The position numbers and the translations under genes are program-made. Positions 1 to 10,646 of a stretch of 64,000 nucleotides of DNA are shown one piece after another. The DNA lies in contig OY781066.1 in NCBI GenBank assembly GCA_963676395.1, positions 2,016,001 to 2,080,000 of the forward strand, given 5' to 3'. This DNA comes from a bacterium (GTDB lineage Bacteria; Fidelibacterota; Fidelibacteria; Fidelibacterales; Fidelibacteraceae). Under the pieces are notes generated by a model. The model ran no database searches. It was given only the letters and a program-made list of their open reading frames with translations, and had not been told where the DNA came from. The first letter of the stretch is position 1, and the number at the start of each line of letters is the position of its first letter.

Positions 1-1
1 A

Positions 2-325
2 AATAGTTTCCAGTATCTATCTATAAGTTTGGAACCCTATACAGATAAAATCCTTCATGCTGCCAATGGGCAAGAGGCCGTACAAATGGCAAGAGATAAC
101 ATGGATTGCGACCTGATACTCATGGATATTAAAATGCCAGTTATGAATGGACATGAAGCCGTAAAAAGGATTCGTGAATTTAATAAATCAGTTCAAATAA
201 TTTCCCAGACAGCCTATGCTATGCAAGAGGATAAAGAGAAATCCTTGGCAGCCGGTTGCAACGATTACATTAGTAAGCCAATTGATATTAACAAACTTTT
301 ATCTATGATTGGGAATAATGTTTAA
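2..325 (+). CDS. C-terminal receiver (REC) domain, probably of a hybrid sensor kinase; 5' truncated by the window edge
   Basis: Frame is open from position 2. It has DLILMDIKMPVMNG (phospho-Asp), QTAYA and GCNDYISKP receiver motifs. Confidence 0.85.
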   Translation, partial: NSFQYLSISLEPYTDKILHAANGQEAVQMARDNMDCDLILMDIKMPVMNGHEAVKRIREFNKSVQIISQTAYAMQEDKEKSLAAGCNDYISKPIDINKLLSMIGNNV

Positions 326-636
326 TAACGAAACGCTTATCCCTTTACACGTTTTAATTCACCTATGTATGTTATAGGTGGTTATCTATCAACACATACC
401 TATTAAAATCTTAAAAAAATGGTTCAACTTTGTTTATAGACAGCTACTATTTGAGTATTTCTTTGTCAAAAAGAAACAATTTCCTATAAACTTATATAAG
501 AGGCCTTTTATAAATGGAAAGTGATTAAGCAAACTGTGTGCATTAGATAGTGGTCACAGTGCCAAAATTTCCTTGTGAATAACCAAATTAACGCTCAAAT
601 TATTATCTATTTTTATAGAATAAAAAAGGAAACAGT

Positions 637-3048
637 ATGAAACGTATTATAGTCTTGATTATTTTGTTAGCTGCTGTCTTTGCCTTTGGGCAAGAAAGTC
701 TTATTTATCAAAAACCCTCTAAAGAGATTCTGGATCTCGTAGATGTCGAACGCGCACCTTCGGTATTGATTGACGAAGCCCGGAATTATATGGTTTTAGT
801 ATCTCGAAATGCCTATAAATCCATCGAAGAGCTTTCTAAAGAAGAGCTTCGTTTGGGTGGCTTACGGATTGATCCCAAGACCAATATCGGTTCTCGCGTT
901 CGTTATTATACCAATTTAAAGGTAAAGGATATTAAGAAAGAGAATGCTGAAATAGTAGAGGTTAAAGGACTTCCCAAGAATCCTAAATTAACAAATTTTC
1001 AGTGGTCTCCAAAACAAGAGAAATTAGCGTTTACCCATACAACAACAGATGGTGTCGAGCTTTGGGTTTTGGATGTCGCCAAAGCTTCAGCTCGGAAAAT
1101 TACAAAAGCGACTGTCAATGCAAACCTAGGTAGTGTTTTTACATGGTTTGCCGATGGTGAGGCGCTTTTGGTTCAAATGGTAGCAAAAGACAGAGAAGCA
1201 TTGATCGATACAAAAACCTCAATCCCAACCGGTCCTACGGTTTCGGTTAATGAAGGTAAAAAAGCTCAGAATCCTACCTACCAAGATCTGTTGAAAAATA
1301 AGAACGATGAACATAATTTTGAGCAATTGGCTTTGTCGGAACTTTATAAAGTATCTCTCAAAGGAAAAGCTAAAAAATGGCTGGGTAAAGATATCTATAC
1401 ATCAACAAGGTTTTCACCCGATGGAAATTATGTTCTTGTAAGAACCGTAGAGCGACCATTTTCTTATTTGGTCTCTTATAACCAATTTCCATCTAAAACA
1501 AAGGTCTATACAAAAACAGGCAAAAAAGTGGAAACGCTGGTCGAGGTCCCCCTGATTGAAGACCTGCCTCAGGGTTTTATGTCGGTACGAACCGGTAAGC
1601 GATCATTTCAATGGCGAAACGATAAACCGGCTTCTCTAGTTTACATTCAAGCGCTTGATGGTGGGGATCCGGCAAATATTGTACCATATCGAGATGAAGT
1701 GTTTCAACTGGACTATCCTTTTGATGGAGATGGAAAAAGTATTTTGAAAACCATCAACCGGATGTACAGTTTTGAATGGGGAAATGAATCCATTGCTATC
1801 GCACACGATTATTGGTGGAATACAAGAAATATTAAAACCTATGTATTTAATCCTTCTGATCCTTCTGTTGAAACCAAGATATTGTCGGACAGGAATTATC
1901 AGGATATTTACAGTGATCCCGGTTCTTTTGTGAGTGAAAGAAATGCTATGGGACGCTCAGTCCTGGCGCTGAACGGTGATGTTGCCTATTTGTTAGGTGA
2001 TGGATATACACCCGAAGGACAATTTCCCTTTCTTGATAAAATTAATATAAAAACTAAGGAAACAGAGCGCATCTATCGTTCTGAATATACCGATAGAGTT
2101 GAAAGTCTCTCATCTTATTATCCGGACAAGAATGAGTTGTTGGTCAGGATTGAGTCTCCGACGGATTATCCCAACTATTTCTTTAGAGATCTGGATGATG
2201 AAAAACTGGAACAGGTGACATACTTTAAGAATCCTTTTGTCAGTATACAGAATGTGCACAAAGAGGTGATTACTTACAAACGTGAAGATGGTTTGGATCT
2301 TTCGGGTACCTTGTATCTTCCTGTAGATTATGATATGGAAAAGAAAGAAAAAATGCCTTTGATCATTTGGGCTTATCCCACTGAATTTAAAGATAAGTCT
2401 TCAGCAGGGCAGAGTACACAAAATCCCAATGAATTTACCTATCCGTATTACGGTTCTATGGTTTATTGGGTGACTAAAGGTTATGTGGTCCTGGATGATG
2501 CCTCTTTTCCTATCGTCGGTGAAGGTGATGAAGAGCCAAATGACAGTTTTAGAAAACAACTGGTTGCCAATGCAAAAGCTGCGATTGATGCGGTAGATGA
2601 ACTGGGATATATTGATAGAGATCGTGTTGCGGTTGCCGGACATTCTTACGGTGCCTTTATGGTGGCCAATTTGTTATCGCATTCAGACCTTTTTGCTGCG
2701 GGTATAGCAAGAAGCGGTGCATATAACAGAACCTTAACACCTTTTGGTTTTCAGAGTGAAGAACGTAACTATTGGGATGCTCCAGATATTTACAACAGCA
2801 TGTCTCCTTTTATGCATGCCGATAAAATGAATCAACCTTTATTGCTTATCCATGGTGAAGCTGATAATAATTCCGGTACTTATCCCATGCAAAGTGAACG
2901 TTATTTTAATGCTTTAAAAGGCTTGGGAGCGACTGTGAGATTGGTTATGCTTCCGAAAGAGAGTCATAGCTACCGTGCCAAAGAGAGTATTCTACACTTA
3001 CTATGGGAACAGGATGAGTGGTTGGACAAATATGTGAAAAATAAGTAA
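637..3048 (+). CDS. Secreted S9-family serine peptidase (glutamyl endopeptidase-like, beta-propeller + alpha/beta hydrolase)
   Basis: Signal peptide; GHSYG nucleophile; HGEADNN (Asp) and ESHSY (His) triad motifs; AAGGAA RBS. Confidence 0.9.
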   Translation: MKRIIVLIILLAAVFAFGQESLIYQKPSKEILDLVDVERAPSVLIDEARNYMVLVSRNAYKSIEELSKEELRLGGLRIDPKTNIGSRVRYYTNLKVKDIKKENAEIVEVKGLPKNPKLTNFQWSPKQEKLAFTHTTTDGVELWVLDVAKASARKITKATVNANLGSVFTWFADGEALLVQMVAKDREALIDTKTSIPTGPTVSVNEGKKAQNPTYQDLLKNKNDEHNFEQLALSELYKVSLKGKAKKWLGKDIYTSTRFSPDGNYVLVRTVERPFSYLVSYNQFPSKTKVYTKTGKKVETLVEVPLIEDLPQGFMSVRTGKRSFQWRNDKPASLVYIQALDGGDPANIVPYRDEVFQLDYPFDGDGKSILKTINRMYSFEWGNESIAIAHDYWWNTRNIKTYVFNPSDPSVETKILSDRNYQDIYSDPGSFVSERNAMGRSVLALNGDVAYLLGDGYTPEGQFPFLDKINIKTKETERIYRSEYTDRVESLSSYYPDKNELLVRIESPTDYPNYFFRDLDDEKLEQVTYFKNPFVSIQNVHKEVITYKREDGLDLSGTLYLPVDYDMEKKEKMPLIIWAYPTEFKDKSSAGQSTQNPNEFTYPYYGSMVYWVTKGYVVLDDASFPIVGEGDEEPNDSFRKQLVANAKAAIDAVDELGYIDRDRVAVAGHSYGAFMVANLLSHSDLFAAGIARSGAYNRTLTPFGFQSEERNYWDAPDIYNSMSPFMHADKMNQPLLLIHGEADNNSGTYPMQSERYFNALKGLGATVRLVMLPKESHSYRAKESILHLLWEQDEWLDKYVKNK

Positions 3049-3087
3049 GTTGTGAGACGTTATACTTCATAGGAAATATAAAATATT

Positions 3088-3117
3088 GGGTCGAACCTGT
3101 GTGTTCGACCTTTTTTT
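3088..3117 (+). terminator. Intrinsic terminator (REP-like hairpin)
   Basis: GGTCGAAC-ctgtgt-GTTCGACC followed by T7. Confidence 0.8.
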
Positions 3118-3278
3118 ATATCTAATAATTTGTGTTGAACATGTTCATTCTGTACTTCAACTAACCTTGCCGAAAGTTTATTCCTTTCATTTTAGACCTC
3201 AAAATCCCCGGCGCTTTAGCATTCTTGTAAAAAAAATAATAGACTAAGTAATTATCCCAAAACCAATTCCTATTATTC

Positions 3279-3307
3279 TTGACACAAGGGGTATAGGATA
3301 CTATCTT
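3279..3307 (+). promoter_or_regulatory. sigma70-type promoter of pyk
   Basis: TTGACA (3279-3284), 17 bp spacer, TATCTT (3302-3307); AAGGAGG RBS downstream. Confidence 0.7.
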
Positions 3308-3362
3308 TAGGTGACTAATTATTTCCCGCTTTATAAGAGTAACATTGGCTTAAGGAGGCTAA

Positions 3363-4799
3363 ATGCGATCAAAGCAGACAAAAATCGTGGCGACTATATC
3401 AGACCTGAATTGCAGTGTCGATCTCATTGAAGATCTATATTTGAATGGTATGAATGTGGTGCGTTTAAATACTGCGCATCAAACGCTTGAAGCTTCTTTA
3501 AAGGTTATAAATAATGTAAGAACAGTTTCTGATAGAATAGGTATTTTAGTTGATACCAAAGGTCCCGAGGTTAGAACGATGGGTGTGGACCCAAAGTTAA
3601 ATGTTGTTAGGGGACAGATATTAACGCTGGCATCCGATGAAAGTACTGAAGCTGATCTTCATGTGAATTATAAAGGGTTTAACGATGATCTATCTGTTGA
3701 AGATAAAATTTTGATCGACGATGGATTGGTTGAGCTGAATGTTAATGAAAAAAAAGACAATGTGTTGATTTGTGAAGTGATGAATCACGGTGTTATTGGC
3801 AATAAAAAGAGTATTAATGTACCCAATGCGCATTTTAATCTTCCGGCAGTGACTGAAAAAGATAAAAAGTATATTGAATTTGCCGTAGAGCATGATATAG
3901 ATTTTATTGCACATTCTTTTGTTCGAAATAAAAAAGATGTCGAAGAAGTCCAGGCAATTATTGATGCTAAAGGTGGAAAAAATAAGATCATTGCAAAGAT
4001 CGAAAATCAATCCGGTGTGAATAATATTGATGAAATTCTTGATGTGGCTTACGGTGTGATGGTTGCTAGGGGTGATCTTGGAATTGAGATTGCAGCACAT
4101 GAGGTACCTGTGGTTCAGAAAAGATTGATCAGGAAATGTATTGAAAAAGCAAGACCGGTCATCACAGCGACTCAGATGTTGCATACCATGATCGATAATC
4201 CAAGACCGACGCGCGCAGAGGTATCGGATGTAGCGAACGCTATTTATGATGGTACCGATGCTCTGATGTTGAGTGGCGAAACCACCTACGGTAAATATCC
4301 GGTAGAAGCCGTAAAAATGATGACTGATATTGCCATTTCCGTTGAAAAGAATAAGACGATAAAAGAATATATTCCTACCCTTAAGGGGAAAAAAGCAACC
4401 CGAGCTTATCTGGTTAAAACCGCTGTCAAAGCATCGAAAGAATTTCCGGTTAAAGCCATAATTATTGATACATTAACGGGGCGTTCGGCCAGATTGGTCG
4501 CTTCGTATCGTGGTGAAACACCAGTATATGTTACGGTCCACGATAAGAGTCTTGTAAGACAACTATCACTTTCTTACGGTACATATCCAACCTATATGGA
4601 ACTTCCCAGAACAACCGATGAACTGGTGTATAAAGCTGTTTCAGCACTTGTAAAAAATGATGTTATCAAGGAAAGTGATAAGATCGTTATTCTTGCCGGA
4701 ACTCCCGGGCAGGATCGGGGTGCAAACTTTATGGAGATCAATCGTGCCGGACTTTGTATTAAAGGCAGGGAAGAAGAGATGGGAATTAATAAGTGGTGA
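3363..4799 (+). CDS. pyk: Pyruvate kinase
   Basis: TKIVAT, DTKGPEVR, IIAKIEN, MVARGDLG, TATQML, PTRAEVSDVANA and MLSGET motifs. Confidence 0.97.
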   Translation: MRSKQTKIVATISDLNCSVDLIEDLYLNGMNVVRLNTAHQTLEASLKVINNVRTVSDRIGILVDTKGPEVRTMGVDPKLNVVRGQILTLASDESTEADLHVNYKGFNDDLSVEDKILIDDGLVELNVNEKKDNVLICEVMNHGVIGNKKSINVPNAHFNLPAVTEKDKKYIEFAVEHDIDFIAHSFVRNKKDVEEVQAIIDAKGGKNKIIAKIENQSGVNNIDEILDVAYGVMVARGDLGIEIAAHEVPVVQKRLIRKCIEKARPVITATQMLHTMIDNPRPTRAEVSDVANAIYDGTDALMLSGETTYGKYPVEAVKMMTDIAISVEKNKTIKEYIPTLKGKKATRAYLVKTAVKASKEFPVKAIIIDTLTGRSARLVASYRGETPVYVTVHDKSLVRQLSLSYGTYPTYMELPRTTDELVYKAVSALVKNDVIKESDKIVILAGTPGQDRGANFMEINRAGLCIKGREEEMGINKW

Positions 4800-4987
4800 G
4801 TAATTAACTAGATCGTTCCTGACTATTTTGATTTTATTTTGAGATGATATGAGTTGCTTCTTGTACATACCTGCTTTGAAATAGTACTGATATTAATTAA
4901 ATTACTTTCAAAGGATTTTGAAAAGCTCTTTCGCATGTTTTGCAAAATAAGCATAATATTATAACTAAACATTTTGTTGGATGCCTT

Positions 4988-7429
4988 ATGTTAAAACGAG
5001 TATTTTGGATCATTTTTGTCATTTGCCCACTGCTTATGGCGGCTAGTACCGGTATTATTCCCAATCCTCAAGAAATTGAATTTTATGACTCAAGCATTGA
5101 ATTAAACAATCAAATTAATTTTGTGCATATTGGCTACCCTGAAAATCTAGCTAAAGGTAAGGAAATCCTATCAGAAGCATTAGCAGATATAGTAGATGAG
5201 CATTGCGAACATTCAATGTCGGTTATTCTTGAAAAAAACGATGAATTTTCTATTCATGATATTAAAAATGAACAGCTTGTAGAGGCTTATTCATTAGAAA
5301 TATCTACAGATAAAATTGTGATCAGAGCGGTAAGTGATAAAGGATTATTTTATGGTTTGATGTCCTTAAGTCAATTAGTCAAAGCCTCTGCTAAGGGAAA
5401 GCTGCCCACAATGAAGATTCTGGATTATCCGGATATGATCCAGCGAGGAATATCTGACGATTTCAGTCGTGGCCAGGTATCTACCATGGATAATTTTGAG
5501 GATATTCTAAGATTTCTTGCCGAGTATAAACAAAACATTTATATGCCTTATATGGAAGATCTTGTTCAATTAGACAACTATCTGGATATAGGTGAAGGTC
5601 GTGGAGCACTTTCTAAACAAAATATTGCAGAAATGCAAGATATTGCTCGCTCATATTTTATTGATGTGATCCCCATCTTTCAAACGCTGGGACATTATGA
5701 AAATATTCTTTCTCACCCTAAATATAGAAAATTTGCGGAATTCCCCGGAGCGGCTTCATTGAACACTATTGATGAAGCAACGGATAGTTTTCTTTTTAAT
5801 ATGTTGGATGAAGTCATACCGCAATTTGAAAGTGAGTATTTTCATATGGGATGTGATGAATCCCGAGATGTTGGCTATGGGGCAACAAAAAGGTTGGTCG
5901 AAAAAATTGGAACCGCTCAAGTGCATGCCGATCACTATATGAAAGTGTATAATAAACTTCAGTCTAAAGGTAAAAAGCCCATGATGTATGGAGATATTAT
6001 CTTACGGCATCCTGAGATATTAGATCTAATACCCAAGGATATCATTATCGTAGACTGGCATTATCGGGTAAATGATCATTATCCTTCGATTAAGAAGTTT
6101 AAAGATGCCGGTTTTCAGTTTTTGGTGTCTCCTGGATTGCATAATTGGCGACAAAGCATTCCGAATTTCAGCAATGCTTGGTTGAATATATCCAAGATCA
6201 ATTATGAGGGCTATTTAAATGGAGCATTGGGTTCCATTAATTCAAGTTGGGGAGATTACGGTGGTTTAAATTTTCGTGAGTTGAATTATTTGGGCTATGC
6301 TTTTGGGGCCGAATCAAGCTGGAATCCTGATGGAATGGATGGTGGTAGTATACGTTCGCGGTTTATTAAACAATATTATGGTTCCGATAGTATTAAATTG
6401 GAATCACTTTTTCTTATTGCCAATCAGATACCTATGAATACTGATTTGCGTTATATTTATGCTAATCCATTCTTGACTTGGAAGGCAAATAGTAAGTACG
6501 GGAAATTTTCTTCACAAGAATTGATACAGAATGGCAAAATGGTTTTAAAGCTGACTGATGAATTACGTGAAACAGCTATGCGAAATAAAGACAAGTTGGA
6601 TTATTTTAGCATGGGAGCCAGAATTGGAATATTTACAGGTAGAAAGATAGCTTTCAAACATAAATTGGATTTTTATACCGATAATAACTATATCAACAAG
6701 ATCACACCCAGAATACAGCGATCACTTATGGATGAATGTGATGCGTTGATCGAGGAGATCAATAGTTTGGTTGAAGATTATCGAGCACTTTGGCTTCGCA
6801 CGAACCGTCCGGATAATCTTGATAGATTAATGAGTATTTTTTATCAACAGTCAGTATTTATACATAAGGCGAAAACATCCATTGAAATGGGGCAATATCG
6901 CATAGATCAGGCGTTGCCTTCCAAGTGGATAGCTGCAAAAGCATATAGAAAAGGTGAAAATGTTCCCTCGGCATATTTTTGTAAAAAGTTTGAACTTGAG
7001 AACATTAATGATATCCGGTTTGCTCATGTACAGTTAATTGCCAATGATGCTGCTGAGATATATCTTAACGGAAAAAAAGTAGGACTTGTCGCTGCTGCGA
7101 AATCCGGCTCTTTATTGGCGGTAAAACGACAAGTCGGTGTTTGGGATATAGCCGATCTGTTGCAGGAAGGAGAGAATATCATTGCAGTTAAAGCTCAGGC
7201 ATATAAACCCGGTCTACCGAGCTGTGCGAATGTATATTTTGAGTATAGCTTTAAGGGTGAAAAAGTTAGAATACTCAGTGATAGAGATTGGCAGGCTTGT
7301 ACTATCCCAAGAAAAGATTGGCAACTGGGAAAAGGATTGTGGCGAAAAGCGATCATTGTCAATGATTATCCCAGCCAGATCAGCATGCCGATGTTTGATG
7401 AAGGATTCCCATCGCAGATAGAATTGTAA
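4988..7429 (+). CDS. Secreted GH20 beta-N-acetylhexosaminidase with a C-terminal beta-sandwich domain
   Basis: IIPNPQ start of GH20b domain, RGISDDFSRG, FHMGCDES catalytic DE pair. ATG 4988 gives a clean signal peptide (track start is TTG 4940). Confidence 0.85.
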   Translation: MLKRVFWIIFVICPLLMAASTGIIPNPQEIEFYDSSIELNNQINFVHIGYPENLAKGKEILSEALADIVDEHCEHSMSVILEKNDEFSIHDIKNEQLVEAYSLEISTDKIVIRAVSDKGLFYGLMSLSQLVKASAKGKLPTMKILDYPDMIQRGISDDFSRGQVSTMDNFEDILRFLAEYKQNIYMPYMEDLVQLDNYLDIGEGRGALSKQNIAEMQDIARSYFIDVIPIFQTLGHYENILSHPKYRKFAEFPGAASLNTIDEATDSFLFNMLDEVIPQFESEYFHMGCDESRDVGYGATKRLVEKIGTAQVHADHYMKVYNKLQSKGKKPMMYGDIILRHPEILDLIPKDIIIVDWHYRVNDHYPSIKKFKDAGFQFLVSPGLHNWRQSIPNFSNAWLNISKINYEGYLNGALGSINSSWGDYGGLNFRELNYLGYAFGAESSWNPDGMDGGSIRSRFIKQYYGSDSIKLESLFLIANQIPMNTDLRYIYANPFLTWKANSKYGKFSSQELIQNGKMVLKLTDELRETAMRNKDKLDYFSMGARIGIFTGRKIAFKHKLDFYTDNNYINKITPRIQRSLMDECDALIEEINSLVEDYRALWLRTNRPDNLDRLMSIFYQQSVFIHKAKTSIEMGQYRIDQALPSKWIAAKAYRKGENVPSAYFCKKFELENINDIRFAHVQLIANDAAEIYLNGKKVGLVAAAKSGSLLAVKRQVGVWDIADLLQEGENIIAVKAQAYKPGLPSCANVYFEYSFKGEKVRILSDRDWQACTIPRKDWQLGKGLWRKAIIVNDYPSQISMPMFDEGFPSQIEL

Positions 7430-7447
7430 ATAATAAAAGCCAATAAT

Positions 7448-7472
7448 AAAAAAGCCGGGACGTCCCGGCTTT
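7448..7472. terminator. Bidirectional intrinsic terminator
   Basis: AAAAAAGCCGGGA-CG-TCCCGGCTTT between convergent genes. Confidence 0.8.
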
Positions 7473-7494
7473 ATAATAATCGATCAAATGTTCC

Positions 7495-7701
7495 TTATTT
7501 TCTACCTGCAATGAGGAGAATAATAAATGCGATGAGCGGAGATGTAAGCAAAGCTAATAAGAACCAGAAAAGAAAATCGCGTTTTTTCTGTTTTCTTGCA
7601 TAATCAGCTACCAAGTATGCTATAACGATCCATACAATTGCACTTAGAATTAGTATGTGAACCCCCTTTGTTTTGTTAATATGTGTTGGTTTTTTATCCA
7701 T
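7495..7701 (-). CDS. Small two-TM membrane protein; start uncertain
   Basis: Two hydrophobic helices flanking a basic KQKKRDFLFWF...SPL segment; ends at the shared terminator. Confidence 0.55.
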   Translation of the reverse strand: MDKKPTHINKTKGVHILILSAIVWIVIAYLVADYARKQKKRDFLFWFLLALLTSPLIAFIILLIAGRK

Positions 7702-7828
7702 AAAAAAATATACAGAATAAAGTATTAATCCTAGTATTGCATATGGCCTTTTATGATTTGATAAAAAGTATTTTTCTTGAGAGTTAAAATTCCTATCTTC
7801 TCACCATGATATCTATATGGAATAATAA

Positions 7829-9946
7829 ATGAACCGGAGAATAATGAAAAGATCAATAGTCATAATACTTGCTATTATATTTTTCTCAGTGAACCTAATT
7901 GCGGAAAACATGATGAATTATCCTAAAACAAGAAAAAATAATGTCGTTGATACCTTTTACGGTATAAAAGTCGAGGACCCCTATCGTTGGCTTGAAGATG
8001 ATAATTCGGCTGAAACAGCCGAATGGGTAAAGGCTCAAAATAAGGTAACATTTGAATACTTAAATTCTCTTCCAGGTAAAGCAAAGATCAAAGAGCGTTT
8101 GACTGAATTATGGAACTATCCTAAAAGTGGCACACCTTTCACTAAGGCCGGCAGATGGTTCGTTTTTAAAAATGATGGTTTGCAAAATCAGAATGTGCTT
8201 TATACTATGAATAATTTAAAGCATCAACCCCGACTCCTCTTAGACCCAAATACTTTAAGTGAAGATGGTACTGTTGCTTATACCGGTATGGATGTATCTT
8301 CTGACGGGAAATATCTGGTTTATAAGATCGCTCGTTCAGGCTCAGATTGGAACGAAGTTTACATCATGGATATTGATAGCGGGGAAATGCTTGATGATCA
8401 TGTAAAATGGGTCAAGTTTTCCGATTTGGCTTGTCGCAAAGATGGTTTTTACTATTCAGCCTATGACAAACCTGAAGCAGGTGATGAGTTATCAAAAGCT
8501 AATTCTTATCAAAAGATTTATTATCATCGATTTAATACTGCACAATCAGAGGATGAACTGATTTTTGAAAATGCCGATAATCCCATACGCATGTATGCCG
8601 CATCTTTGGATGAAAGTGATAGATATTTATTTGTATCCGAAACGGAATCAACTACCGGGAATGCACTTTATGTTAAAGATCTTAACAAGAAGGGTGCGAG
8701 CTTCAGCCTTCTTGCCAAAGGGTATAAACATGATTATGTTCCACTGGGTGTTATAAGATCTAAAGTCTTAGTGTTAACAAATCATCAAGCACCCACTTAT
8801 CGAGTTGTTGCCATTGATCCAAAACACTCTGCAGAAGAAAATTGGGTCGAGGTGATCTCTGCAGGCACAAACACCATTGAAGATGTTGAAATTTGTGGCG
8901 GAAAAATATTTGTTAAATACATGAAAGATGTCAGTTCAAAACTTGAAATATTTACCCTAAAAGGAAAATATCTGGCTGATGTTAAATTGCCGGGTATTTG
9001 CAGTGTTGAATCTTTTCGAGGCAGTCAAAAGGGTAAGATTGCCTTTTATTCATACAGCTCGTATAATACCCCCGGGACAATTTATAAATACAATACGATT
9101 AGCGGAAAATCGGAAATATATTTCAAACCCGTAGTGAAATTTGATCCTGATGATTTTGTGGTTAAACAGGAGTTTTATGAAAGCAAAGATGGTACAAAAA
9201 TTCCAATGACTATTTTTCATAAAAAGGGACTTGAATTAGATGGAAATAATCCGACTTTCCTGTATGGCTATGGTGGGTTTAATGTTAGTATTACCCCAGG
9301 TTTTGCAAAATCCTCACTGTACTTTGCAGAGCAGGGTGGTGTGTATGCGGTAGCAAACATTCGCGGTGGTGGCGAATACGGTGAAGCCTGGCATCAAGAA
9401 GGTACCTTGTTAAAAAAACAAAATGTTTTTGATGACTTTATCGCTGCAGCCGAATACTTGATAGATAAAAATTATACAAATCCGGAAAAATTGGCGATAC
9501 GAGGTGGTTCTAATGGTGGTTTATTGATAGGTGCTGTTATAAATCAACGTCCTGATCTTTTTAAGGTTGCCATACCGGCTGTTGGTGTTATGGATATGCT
9601 TCGATACCAAAAGTTCACCATTGGTTACGCTTGGGCAACTGATTACGGGACTGTAGACGATAGTGAAGAGATGTTTAAGTATTTATTGGGTTATTCACCC
9701 TTACATAATGTTAAAGCACAAGATTACCCAGCTATCATGGTAACAACAGCTGATCATGATGATCGTGTTGTTCCTGCTCATTCGTTTAAATATATTTCTG
9801 AAATTCAAGATAAGAATACAGGTGATCTTCCCACTTTGATCCGTATTGCTGTCAAAGCCGGTCATGGAAGCGGAAAACCAACGTCCATGATCATTGATGA
9901 GTACGCTGATATGTTTACTTTTATTATGTATCATTTGGGGATGTAG
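7829..9946 (+). CDS. Prolyl oligopeptidase (S9A), secreted; ATG 7844 is an alternative start
   Basis: DPYRWLED, GGSNGGLL, DHDDRVVPAHS and KAGHG motifs; signal peptide. Confidence 0.95.
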   Translation: MNRRIMKRSIVIILAIIFFSVNLIAENMMNYPKTRKNNVVDTFYGIKVEDPYRWLEDDNSAETAEWVKAQNKVTFEYLNSLPGKAKIKERLTELWNYPKSGTPFTKAGRWFVFKNDGLQNQNVLYTMNNLKHQPRLLLDPNTLSEDGTVAYTGMDVSSDGKYLVYKIARSGSDWNEVYIMDIDSGEMLDDHVKWVKFSDLACRKDGFYYSAYDKPEAGDELSKANSYQKIYYHRFNTAQSEDELIFENADNPIRMYAASLDESDRYLFVSETESTTGNALYVKDLNKKGASFSLLAKGYKHDYVPLGVIRSKVLVLTNHQAPTYRVVAIDPKHSAEENWVEVISAGTNTIEDVEICGGKIFVKYMKDVSSKLEIFTLKGKYLADVKLPGICSVESFRGSQKGKIAFYSYSSYNTPGTIYKYNTISGKSEIYFKPVVKFDPDDFVVKQEFYESKDGTKIPMTIFHKKGLELDGNNPTFLYGYGGFNVSITPGFAKSSLYFAEQGGVYAVANIRGGGEYGEAWHQEGTLLKKQNVFDDFIAAAEYLIDKNYTNPEKLAIRGGSNGGLLIGAVINQRPDLFKVAIPAVGVMDMLRYQKFTIGYAWATDYGTVDDSEEMFKYLLGYSPLHNVKAQDYPAIMVTTADHDDRVVPAHSFKYISEIQDKNTGDLPTLIRIAVKAGHGSGKPTSMIIDEYADMFTFIMYHLGM

Positions 9947-9968
9947 TCACCAGATATTTGGAATTTGA

Positions 9969-10313
9969 TTTTTATCAAGAAACCCAAGGATTCGAGGTGG
10001 CGGTTCCTTACTTTTTATAAGTAATTATCTTTACCGTTTGGATACATCGGAATTATATCGACTTGGCAAAGAGGTGTTTCGAATTCAAAAGGACGAAAAA
10101 CCCTCAAAAGAGCAATTGGAAATGATTAAGCCCGGTGATATAGCCGGGAGGAATGGCCACTTTGGTATTATTGTTGAAATAGATAATGAGCTCTATTATC
10201 TTGAATCCGGTGGTTGGGTTGTTCCTTCTGTTGGTGGTTATCCTGTAGAAATTAAATACGCTTTGGAAAAATTTGCCAAGAATGGGTATGTGATGGTAAG
10301 ACGATGCCTGTAA
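9969..10313 (+). pseudogene. Probable 5'-truncated gene remnant (NlpC/P60/amidase-like C-terminal half)
   Basis: Frame is open from 9969 with no ATG/RBS at its 5' end. IKPGDI...GHFGIIVE resembles the NlpC/P60 His strand, but the catalytic Cys part is missing. Confidence 0.35.
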
Positions 10314-10449
10314 TCTTTAGTTATTATACATTCGCGTAGGGGACGTTTGAGCCTCCATTTTTATTTAATGGTGATTCCAGAGGCACCCACGCATCCATAT
10401 AAATTTCAAATTATCCTTCACCATGACTCATGTCTCATGAATTTATTCT

Positions 10450-10499
10450 TTGTTTTTTAATTTAAAACATAGTATAATTTTGTGGTTAGAATTCTAACC
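10450..10499 (+). promoter_or_regulatory. sigma70-type promoter plus perfect 16-bp palindrome (candidate operator) upstream of spt
   Basis: TTGTTT (10450), 17 bp spacer, TATAAT (10473-10478); GGTTAGAATTCTAACC at 10484-10499. Confidence 0.6.
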
Positions 10500-10646
10500 T
10501 TGAGAACACACACAGGATGGATAGAAATTGGGGTAAAGCGTTATAAAACGCAGATTAAAAATATTCAAACACACCTGAAAAACTACCATCATTAGGATAA
10601 TACTTCTTAGGAAGTAAAACAGTATTAGTAAAAAAAGTGAGGAACC

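Noticed and set aside
360..380. CACCTAT/ATAGGTG hairpin after the receiver gene
   Set aside because: Weak AT-rich stem without a U-tract; at most an ordinary terminator.
4906..4923. TTTCAAA-N4-TTTGAAA inverted repeat upstream of GH20
   Set aside because: Low-complexity AT palindrome expected by chance in this composition.
9966..9968. In-frame TGA upstream of the 10038 ORF as possible selenocysteine or recoding
   Set aside because: No upstream start, no SECIS-like hairpin and no redox motif context; TGA is a normal stop for several genes here.
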